The notes under the pieces: model-generated
Told to the model about the DNA's origin: nothing
Databases searched by the model: none
Seen by the model: the letters and a program-made list of their open reading frames with translations, nothing else
In this document: piece after piece, positions 11,935 to 23,900 of the stretch
Layout: each line of letters opens with the position of its first letter
Position numbering within the stretch: position 1 is the stretch's first letter
Program-made: the position numbers and the translations under genes
Assembly: GCF_000002075.1 (NCBI RefSeq)
Contig: NW_004797526.1
Location: 581,889 to 645,888, forward strand
Length of the DNA stretch: 64,000 nt
Source: Aplysia californica
Lineage: Eukaryota
Direction of reading: 5' to 3'

Positions 11935-14900
11935 CTGGAAATAAAAATTAGCAAAGCTCCTCAATCATTCTGTAACACTAACTATGGATTATTTCTAGAT
12001 CTTATGTCATAACACTGCTTGCAAACAGTACCCATTCAGTCTTAACCCCTTTGTATCCTTATGATGTACCTGGTCCATCATGAAAATGTGTAATTTTTAG
12101 CTTTGTGATGTATCATGGACATAATGAAAGTCGGCAAAATTCGCCATTCCTGGTAGCCTACATGACGTTACATTACGTCACGTTAATCAGCTGAATCTAA
12201 TTCTCCTGTACGAAGATTTAGCCACGAGCCTAGTGAGGATTCCCATTCAAGAATAAAAATGCACTTGTACCTAAATTCATCAGTATTACTTCACTGCTAG
12301 GCTTGCAAGTGATGCAATAAACACAGTTCAAGTCTTGCGGATGGCCACATGTTCTCGCAAACCGTAAACATCAAAATGACTCCACACTTTTCCCTAACAC
12401 AGCAAGCAGAGCACAAAACCCTGTACAAAACATTTTTTTCCCCTGAAACAAAAACTGATAACCCAACAGACCTGTTTTTGTTGACGCAGAAATCTTTGAA
12501 TTATGAACTACAAATATGATTAATACCTAGCTAGCATCCTTGTTATATCTTCTGACAAATTGGATTTCATTTTTACTGCCATACTTTGTCATGTGAGACA
12601 AAGAATAAATTTGGGATCTGCACTAAGGCAAAGCCTCTCTTAAGTAAAGAAATTACAAAATACTTACAGGTAAAGGAAAGTTAAGAACACATTCAACCTC
12701 CGCTAAAAAAGTGTGAATTGAAAAATTTGTGAACCTGAAAAACCAAGAATAACCCAAAAACAAGCATACCTTCATATGTAGCATACGCTGTATAGTGCCC
12801 GGACCCAGCACTGAAAGAGAAAATTGATATCAAATGACAATTTACATGCAAAGCCAGACATTCAAGTTTTACAGTTACCCTTTAACTTTACCGAAACTTG
12901 ATTTCTCCTGCTTTGATTTAAAAGGGAATGATTTAAAGACAAACTTAATGTACAATGCCAATTATGCATGAAACTTAAAAGCGCAAATATCATAAGCCCC
13001 CCCCCCCCCCGATAATAGAATGCTTGTCTATAAACCATCACGTTGGATAAAAAACAATTAAGCTACTCCTCCTTTCCCATTTTGACAAAGTCATTACCTC
13101 ACTACATTACAATATGTGCAATTCTTTCTCTGTGTATTGACCGCATTGAGAAACAGATAACACTCTTTTAACAAAGTGAACATGAAAAATATCAAACCAT
13201 AAAATCCACATAACAACAACACTTTTGTGTGTTTCCTCATTCACCGATACAAGTGGAATGAACAAATATCAAAAGTTTAGTACTGCAAGGACAATACAGT
13301 TGAACCTGTGTAAGACAGAATCGCAAGGGAGCCAGAAAAAAATTTCGTCTTAGACAGGATAATTTAGTGGGGGAATGGGGGTTCAAAGGCCCAGCCAGAG
13401 GGGTCAAGGGTCACTTGTCTGGTAGGCAAGCAATCACAAGTGGTCAAAACTTCACACCTCTCAGCTGCTATCCTCTCTGATAATGACATGTGTCAGTCTT
13501 ACTTATCCAATTACCACCAGTGCTTGTATTTCATAGGACTGCTGTTTTGACCTATTAAAAACAGAAACGTTAGAACCTCTTTTCTTCCACCCTTAGCCCC
13601 ACCCATCGATGTAATAAGCACATACAACCAATGCCACCCCTCACTGCCATGTAACAACGATTCGAGGAACTCTTTTCTCGGCTGGCTGTAGAATCAGGGC
13701 AGCAGGCATTGGTCAAACTAATTTCCCCCCTCTGGCTACCAATGAAAGTTTCCACTCTGGAGCAGAACTTGAGCACTTTCACTGGCACTTGTGAGATTTT
13801 ACACCCACACCACCCTGACCATCTTTAATGTTCAGGGCTCACATAGACAGGGTAACATGTACCCTCAAATTGCACCCGTAATCCCCTTCCTCGCCTGGCG
13901 ACGTGGCGTTAACTTTAGAGTCGGCGGAGGGAACCAAACTTGCGAGTTTTGTTTCAAATCAGGGCTGAACGGGCAGATCCGTAAAACCCTCGGAAGGGAG
14001 CGGATTTTGGTTTCCTTTTCCGTTTCACACAGGTAATTAAAGAGGAATATATCAAGGGGGGAGCGGGGAGATTCCGTTAAGACAGGTTCGACTGTATAAA
14101 AAGTTTACTTTTCAAAGCCACAGTGTAACAAAAGCAGTTCCAACAGTGATCGTTTAAGGAAAATCTTTCAACAACGGACAAACAGCGGGTAAAAGTTCAC
14201 TACTTGACAGTAGTTTCATACACACCCTTTATTTTTCAGGTTAGGGCATGTATTCTACAAATGGGCCATTCCACGAAAAAAATGAAAGTGCAGTGGCACA
14301 CATAATATGGGCATGACAAGCTGAAAAATTTTAAAACTGTGATGATAAGGCTGGGGTTTATTTTCCTTTTGTCTTGTTAGAGGAGGGTTGCATATATTAA
14401 TAATAATATTTATTAAAAAAAACAAAAAAAAAACAACAACCCCAAACTTATCCAATTAATGACTGAATTCAAATGGTAGTATAGCGCCACGTTTTCCAGC
14501 ATGCACATAACAACTATTATTACTCCAGCAGATCCTAGAATGGCTCTATCAATGCATAACACTGTGTCAGCATTACACAAGTCACAACAGTTACTTTTTT
14601 ATGGAATGGCCCATACAACATATGAAGCTGATAGACCACGAAAAAAACCCATCAAAAAACCGCCCACCATCATGATTTTGTCTATCTGTACATTTTGCCA
14701 AACACTTAAAGGAAAAGGTTGCCTCGGTCAAGACAACAAAGTAATTACCCAGAGCCATGGTGCACTATGACAGCAGCCAGATCATATAAATTGCTCCCAC
14801 AAAAGCTCCCTCTGGTTTCATGCTGAGGAAAAAACAAACAAACCAGTAAACAAAATGCTTACAACAATTCCTTTGATTTAATTTTAAAAAAGTAACATTT

Positions 14901-17900
14901 AATATATTTTGTTTCCTGTCAGTCTCTGAGCTGCAGCAATAAGCCACTGCTTTGCTACAGACACCAATCTCAAAGGCAACGCTCAGCCAAGCATAAAACA
15001 AGCTAGCTACGTCACCTTTCAATTTTAGTTTTAGTAGAGGTGTTACGGCGCTCGCAACAGCATAAGGTCATATGAGTTAAAGGTGCTACAAGAGAGTAAC
15101 AAACATAAAAAAGAAGAAGGGGAGGTAAGGACGATAGATGTTTGATAGGAAAGAAGAAGCAAACCACACCAGAGCACCCGCCAACCACCCTCGTCACCTT
15201 TCAGAAAGGTAGAGTTGTGTGTATAGTTGAAGACAAAACATCAAAACTTCCTGAAGGAAGAAACAATGATAAAAAACAAATTGTGAGGACAAGGAAGAGA
15301 TCTACCCACCCATGAGTACTACTGTTTAAAAATCTCAACCTTCCAATGACATACCATCAAATGCAACAGGGGCAGACCTCAAATGTTATATTTTAATATT
15401 TTCTGCTGCTCAATTTTCCGTATCATCACTTACAGATTACGAAAAAAAAAGGAAGTTTACATGGACCCTTAACTAAAGCAATCAATATGAGCACAGGCAA
15501 ATCTACGAAATTGAACTGCTGGATGGCTGTTCACAGAGTTTGAACACAATAACAGCAACCTCATTATCTACATTTGTTATGAAAATGTCAGAATAACAGC
15601 GACAGGAAAAAACCCACCAAAATAATAAATCCAAGCTAGCCACACATCTTCAAACAACAAACCAGAGCCCCTTTCAAATTAAATAAAAAAACGCCTTGCC
15701 TTTGACTTTGACCAATCAAAAAAAATTTAAAATTTGAGACCCAGAAAGAAAAGTCATATATCTCAAAGATAACTAAAACAATAAAAACAAGCCCAAGCAA
15801 GCTACAAATCCTTAGCTAACAAACAACAACTGTTTGACAAAATAAGGAAGTTTCCCCTTTCAAATTAAATCAAGAATGCCTTGCTTTCGACTTTGACCAA
15901 ATTCGCAAATTAAATTCGACACCCAAAAAGAAACACCACATCTCATAGGTTACCCACAAACCAACAACTCATGAACTTTTACATGTAATCTACCTTGACT
16001 TAAGAAAACAAAAATACTCTTCCAACAACATAAAAAAGGACTATACAATACATCACTCACACACCTACATGTACTAACTAATATGATAAACAAAAATGCT
16101 CAACTCACCAAATTGTTTAGAACATATGTGTTCATGTCCAGCCCCTGAATTGGAAATTCAACAAACGTTTCCACTTTTAATCGGCAGAACATACTCCATC
16201 TGAACCTCTTCAAATGTAGACAAAGGACCTTGAAGGCAAAAAGAAAAAAAAAATGAAAGAAAAAGTCATGCAAAACATTTTAACTATTAGACATTTTCAC
16301 TTAACCCCTTTGTACCCCCCGGGGCAGTGCCACTGACTGTAATGTCTTTAGGCCATTCCCAAAGGGCGGGACATTTCTCGTTCAAGCACAGTAGAATTGT
16401 AAATGGGCTGATTCGTCATGTCACGCTCATAACTGTGCCTGATCTTCAACAGGGAGCTGCTGCTTTTTCTTTCCAAATCCTTACTATTGTCATTTTTCCT
16501 CTACTTCTTTTGTATGTTTGTCACTCTCTTCTGACCTGCTATTTCCGGGGTGCCTTGATAGTCGAAGCCCACCTTGTGCTGTTGACGTTAGAGAGGTGAG
16601 CAGAGTAAGTCTGATTCCCTGTAAAGACTTCTCTGTTGACACCCGCCCCTTGGCGCTCATATGACCTTATGCAGTTGCGAGTGTAGTAAAACACTCTACT
16701 ATATAAAAAAAAATATAACCCCTTTGTTCCCTTACAATGTACTAAACACCAATATGACTTTTAAAAGGCAGACAATTTCACTCTTTGACTTAGATTTGGA
16801 AGTTTTTCCACATTATGAGTAAGATGGGGGGGGGGGGAAAGAGAATATAACGAATGAAAAAAAGTGAAGACAGTGACACTATCGAAGATCCAGGGTTCGA
16901 AATATGACTGGATCGTGAGTCCAATAACACTGAGATATGAGACTGCTGTCCTGGCGAACGAGTTTAGAAGAAAATCATTGCCGATAGTAATAACGCACAC
17001 CCCCCTACCCCAAGCCCCAATTCAAATGGCTTCTGTAAAATCTCTTCAAATTCTTTAAAGATTGTACACGTATGTTATAGCAAACTCAAATTGGGAAATA
17101 GTAAGAATAACCAATGAATAAGTATACACCAAAAATAGAAAAATAAAAAGGACAAAAATGTGAATACATTTTCTTACATTTGGCAGTCTGCGGATCCAAA
17201 ATTTTTTTGTTGATCTTTGTCTTTTCTTGCAATTGTTACACATATACAACTCAGAATCTTCCAACTCTTCAACATCTGTGAAACTTGAGAGACAATCTGA
17301 AGAAAAGAGCAAAATTGAAAACTATCTTAGCATTTCTGTTTCACAAAACATATAATTCAAACAAAACAAAACAAAAGGATGACAGTTTTTTACTTTCCCT
17401 TCAACAGCAATGGATACGCCAGTGTATAAAAAATATGTAGACTATTTCCTTCATTCTCCCTTCAATAACAATGGTCCCAATGACAAACAAAAGAAGTAGA
17501 TAATCTCTAGATGCTAAGTAGACATTATCATGATGAAGGGCTCAATAGTAAACCCCACAACACTTAAGAATTCTTGAACAGAACTGACATAACTGATGAG
17601 AATGACTTTTATACTGGACGTTTTGACCATGTGAGAGGAGTAAATGATTGTTCTAAACACAAACCACTAAACGACAGCCCTGCTTGGCACTAAAAAGTCT
17701 TAAACCCCCTCCTCCAACAACATGCTGAGTCAGCGTGTGTGTAGATATAATTTTCCCTTTCCCTTTGTCCATGCTAATCCATCTACCTTCATTTTAACTC
17801 ATGCAACATATGGTAAAGCAATTCAGAAAAGTTAATTGCCTTGAATTCAAACTCTTTTTTTTGGGCAGATTTCTATTTTTAAGTATGCTATTTATTGAGT

Positions 17901-20900
17901 AAAAGTTCTTTTACACCAAAAAGAGGGCTCTTTGGCGGATTGCTCGTAGGCAGAGACTACAAGTAATCATCTGCCCAAGAAGACCACGCGCACAACGTAA
18001 CATGCCCCCCCCCCCNNNNNNNNNNNNNNNNNNNNNNNNNNNNNNNNNNNNNNNNNNNNNNNNNNNNNNNNNNNNNNNNNNNNNNNNNNNNNNNNNNNNN
18101 NNNNNNNNNNNNNNNACAACAGACAACCCATCTAAGATAACTTTTCTCCTCAACAATGGGCGACCGTTTAAGACATGTCCAACTGTATATCTAACTTTTC
18201 CCCTCAACAATGGGCGATCCTCTAAGACATGTCCAAGTGCATATCTATCTATTCATCTGCATCTATATCCATCTACACCAGCTCCAAATCATTACTGTCA
18301 TCACACAGTATTAGTTGAAGCCGATGGCAAGTCACAAAAAAATTCAAATAAAACAGCCACAAGCGACAAATGGGCTGCAGAAATATCAACTAGAAGAGCT
18401 CTTCAGCTGTTTATGACAAAATTGAAGGCTTTTACAATGAATACAGAGCAAAGCTACGCCCCCAAATGGCAACAAAAAATCACAACAAACAAATTAAAAA
18501 AAACCCACCCTGCCATGTGATCACAACACCTGTGATTATAACAAGCCAATGAAATAATGACAAGAACATTTCCCTACCTGACAATGTACAAATGGGCTCT
18601 CCTTCCTTTGGTTTCGTGAGGCGACTTGAAAATTGAGCAGGAATATCTAATGACAGATCTGGGGAATGCAAGCAAAACAATGGCTCAGGTCGATTCAACA
18701 CTAGCCCTACTAGATGTTTCACTTCAGAATTTAAAAACTCAAAACTTTTGTCTGACAGTGCAGGTATCTGGTCTAGAGTAAGGAAATTGATCACAACCCC
18801 CCTCCCTCTTTGCTACTGCGCAGGTTGGGTTTGCCAGCCCACACGCCTCAGATTGGATATAAATTATGATTTGAACTAATTTCCACTATAGAGCAATTTT
18901 TGCTGCTTGATGACATCCACTATGGGCATGATAGATATAATAAAATAGAATCCATTTCAAGCACACATAAATTTAACAACTTACCTAAGAAAGGATCATG
19001 CTTTTTTGACTCGACACCACATATAAGACAGTGGACTTCACTCTGAAGCAGACCACCAAAGATAGCAGTGACAATAGTGCTCTTGCCCTTTGGGCCGATG
19101 TACGGGGAATTGTTATTTGGATAAGGTAACAATTCTAACAGCTCAATGTGAAGTCTGTCCAAGAGGTAACGCATGAATTCATGGGCATCCTGCTGCTGGT
19201 AGCCCCTGTGAACAAAAAAATAAAAAGCAATTTAGAACCGTAACAAAAAAGTAGACGCTACTTCGGAAAAAAGGTCAATATTATATTCTAAAAGAGGTTC
19301 CACTGATATAGGAACTTGTAACCTTGACCCCAGATAAAAGAAAATCAACTCCACATATCAGTATATCACATCTAACATGCAAAAGAAAATTTTATGAAAG
19401 CAGTTAAGGTGACAATCAAAAGCATTAGATTCACTGTAAGTGAAGAGGGACCAAAATGAGCCAAAGTCTATAAAAATTACATTTATTCGCACGCTTGCAC
19501 ACACAACTACTACTGCGAATGCATGGGTATCTGATGTAGTAAAAATCGAAATGACAAGAGTAGCACACTGCTGTTACATAATCACAAATGCTAGAAATGT
19601 ATGGACTGTCATCTCTTTCCTTTGTATTACTACTAAACTGCATGTCCTATGTAAGTTCACTGGAGTTACCTGCATTAAAGCAGTACACAAGTCTCTTTGA
19701 CATTACAGAAACTGAAATACATCCCCAATCTCACTGTCCAGCACCTGCTTAGCCCCCAATGGCACAAAGTATCAGTTTCATATGGAAAATAGACACCCCT
19801 GCCCCTCATACATACATACATACACATACAAGCATAAAAATAAGCTCAAATTGATAGGAATTTCAGTTGCTGTTTCTTCACTTATTTCTAAAAGACAGAA
19901 ATCTTTTTTTTAAAGCAGAAGAGTTTTGACATAAAAACATTCAACCCACAAATATGAAAAAAAAGTTACAAAAGATGATTTTTAAAATTGAAAGGCTGGT
20001 TGATACAGAGTTTAGAATATACAATATATTACACAGCAACAAAAGTAGTTTTAACAAAGCAAACCCAAATACTTAAAAAAAAGCATTACATTTCAACAGA
20101 ATTATGTATTTACCTAAATCTAGGGACAACTTTCCAAACTACAGTGAAAAGAGATTCTGGAGAAATAGCTCCTTTTGTTCCTTGCCAGAGTGCAACAAGA
20201 GTTTTCCTCAGTTCTTCGACCAACAGCCTGTAAACAATGAAAGAAACAAAATAATTTTAGACAACACAGTGAGAAAATTTTAATACATTTTAACGGAAAA
20301 AAATGTTAATGAAAAAGATAAGTTTTTCACAGCTAACAAAAAGCAGAAAAGTGAGAAACTTAAAAAAATACACAGTGTAACACAATAGTTCTACACCTGG
20401 TGCCCAAATAGTAGCTTTATGAGCACAAAAATAGATTTTTAAATATATAAAACTGCTCAAAGGACAATCTTTCCAGTCTGAACGAGAAAAGCTCCAACTC
20501 CATCATGAAAAGATTATGATTTAAAAAAATATATTTAAAAAACACCAAAACACTTACACATCTTCGCCAGAATCCTTTGCCTTTCGAGCGATGTGAACTT
20601 TCTTGGCTTTGAGTATTTTGTCGTCTAATGATGGTAGTTGTTTGATGTAGCCACAGAACTCTTGTATATTGCTGAAAAATGTCACAAATGATAATTTTGT
20701 CCACAGACACCCCTCCCCCCCATTAAAATAAAATATCATACATTTACAGGAGTACCAAAAAGCCTTTATCTTAAACTTACAAGGCTTTAGCACTAGGGAA
20801 ACCAAAGCCATTACTAAAAATTCTACTAGACCCTGTTAGAAACAGTTTACAGTGAAACAAAACCTGATCATTCAGAACTTCAGCCTCTAAGCACTGAGAC

Positions 20901-23900
20901 AGCGCCCTTCCTAAATGACTCATGTATACATACGGGTCAGCTGGGAAGCCAAGGCTACACTGAAAATGAAATTAGTACTTTTAGCTTCATTAAAAATTTA
21001 AATGTACGAATAACCATACAGCTTGCAAAGAGTAAACTCTGCCAGAAGCAAAACCATACTTCATAAGCTTAAAACAGAAAAATCTGAAAGATGACCCCAT
21101 TCTTCGAGAAGTAAATAAGCAATCAACCAACTCCAACAAGCAATATTTCCATGACGCCTCAAAAAGTTGCGGATACACATGTTGCATACCAAGATTGAAA
21201 AAAATATGGAAAGACAAGATAGAAAAACATGTTAACTTACCTTAATGACTGTAATACAGCATTCATGAAGCATGTATTTCCCAAATTTCTAAGCCCTGAA
21301 GCCTTTGGTCTGCGTTGCTTATTATCCTTAAAAATAGAAGATAAAACTTATTAAAAATATTGAAGAAAAGAGAAAAAACTTGAGTTTCGTTTCATTACAT
21401 TTAAATGTCATCACTGAGGAACGAGTGAAAAAAAAAAGAATCCAGAAAAAACAAACAAAACTTAAGACAGCAACAAGTACCCCACACTTCAATATCAAAT
21501 GCTGAGCCTGAAAGTAAATTTTTAATTCAAGCTCTTCCAATAAGAATAAGAGTGGTGTGAAGTGTGATCGCGATTTAATTGTTCTATACTGCTCCCACAT
21601 TATACAATTTTTTCCCTGACAAATTAGCGATAACGATAACCTATGAGCAACATAACATTATTAACCCTTCCAGCCATTTTTGTGCACTCTCTAACCTCAG
21701 TCCCAGCCAATAGGCCAGTACAGGAGTATTTTAGAAAAAGAGGCATGTATTCTAAAAAGTGATGTAGTATCTTTGTAATGATGTTTAGATAATAACATAA
21801 AACAATGTTTAGAGGTACAGTCGAACCTGTGTAAGACGGCTACCCATTGGCAGGAAGAAAAGTGGCCATCTTCAAGATGAAGAGAACAAACCATTTCCCT
21901 CTGAGGTCCCAACTGAAGGTTGTAGCATTGTTGTCGTTGCTGCTGTTTTCGTTGGTTTGTTTCTTGTTTGCTTTTATATTTTGTTGCTTATTTTGAGCAA
22001 GGGTGACACTAAAACGAATCGTGTCAGACAAGTAAGGCAGAGTGCCATGGTAAAATAAACACATGGGTCGCCACCACTTGACCCGGAGAATGAGTGACGC
22101 TCCTATTGCAAGTTCATGTTGGCGTCCATTGTTACAGACTGGGTACACAGTGACCACTCATCTCACTGACAATTTGTGTTCTGGGTGAGGCTTATGGGTT
22201 ATGAGGGATCACACGCTTACCTCGCCAGCAGCTTAAAATTTGTTATCTATTGGTCAACAGTGGGAGGGGCCAACACGATCGGTTGGAGGGAACTACCTAA
22301 CAACAACGACAGGTGATTGGATTATGACGGCTCGCCCACAACACCAGGGGCCAATGAGTCATTAGGACAAAACGTAATGGAGTCACTAAGGTGGCCATCT
22401 AAGAAAGGTGTTATTGTTTGGAGTAATAGGGGATGTATGTTCAAATATAGTGGCCGTGGCCACGTTGGACAGGTGGCCGTTTTACACAGTGAAATTATAT
22501 AGTAAAAACGTAAGGGGGGGAGAAATAGAAAGTGGCCATTTGTACAGCTGGGCGTCTGGCCGTCATGGCAGGTTCGACTGTAAGTAAACAAATATTATGC
22601 CAATTAAAGTTTAATTAGGTTCGCTAATTTTGAAAAATGCACAAATACGGTACCCCCCGATTCAGAATATATGCTCTTCGGATGGTGGGAGGTACAAGTG
22701 CTGCTGAAAATATACGTGCACGGGGCTGGAAGGGTTAAGAGTCAAAAGCATGGTCACAATTCTTTAAATTGGAGCATATGAACAGTGAACAGAATCTTTT
22801 CCCTCCATGCCATGCAGGACTTAAAAATTCCACTGCTTCATAAAGTCGAGAGGCTTGTAAATTTTTTAAAAAAGATGCAACACAAACCCTTTTCCGTCTC
22901 TTGTGATCTCTGTCATTCTCCAATGAGTCTGAAGAATCTCGACGATGAACTTTGCCTTTAGGTACATTCTGGTCACTACAAAGAAATACATTACCATCGA
23001 TTAAAACCACATCTATCATTAAAGTTCAACACATAATTATTGTCTCATTCATTCTTGTTACTGTCTTTAACACTTAGCCTCCACTTCACGCCGATCGGCG
23101 AGCTTCCGGTTTAGCCCCTTGACTCCACATCACGCCTTTCGGCGTTGTGTACCCTAGTGACTGCATAACAACCAAAATCATTCTATTTATCAGTCATAGT
23201 GAACTCCCCTTTGACATGCGCACTAAATATCAAAAGCTACTTCCTTCCGCGTCCTTTCTCAGCCTTTTGCGGGAAAATTGACGGTGCGAATGCTTTGTCT
23301 CGTGTTGTGAATCGAAGTGATGGCATCTACCAGTGACAACTCTATTTTTCGCCACGATGACGACTCAGGAGACGAGTTTCCTGATGATGTTAGCGATGCT
23401 TCTACTATTAGTTACACTGTAGGAGGATCTGAGGAAACAAGTAGGTCTTCGTCTCCTGTTCCTTTTGTTTGTGATGAGCCTAGTTCTAGTTCTAGATCTA
23501 GTACTACGACAGCGAGGAGGAGACCGACGCCTGGGGCTGCACGTCAACAAGCCAGTAGATCTAGGCCTACAGCTAACCACGCTCATCAGTTTGACTGGCT
23601 AGTCTACGACGATCGCGATCCCTACGAAGCAGAACGATGGATGCCAGCATTCTCTTCACCTACAGGCATTGTTGTTGACAGCAGCAACTTTGATGCTGTC
23701 AAATACTTCAGCTTGTTTTTCACTGACGATGTCATCAACTTGCTGGTGAGGGAGACAAACGCCTACGCCAGACACTGTCTACTCGCTCGCGACTGTTACT
23801 ACAAGGAACGGTGGAAAGAAACCGATGCGGTGGAGATGCGAGCTTTCATAGGACTGCAAATAGGTAAGACGAAGTCTTTGTTTTTATTATATTACATTCG

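Noticed and set aside
12042-12684. Complete piggyBac-type MITE in USP3 intron 14
   Set aside because: The left end TTAACCCCTTTG is suggestive, but the right TIR match is too poor to define boundaries.
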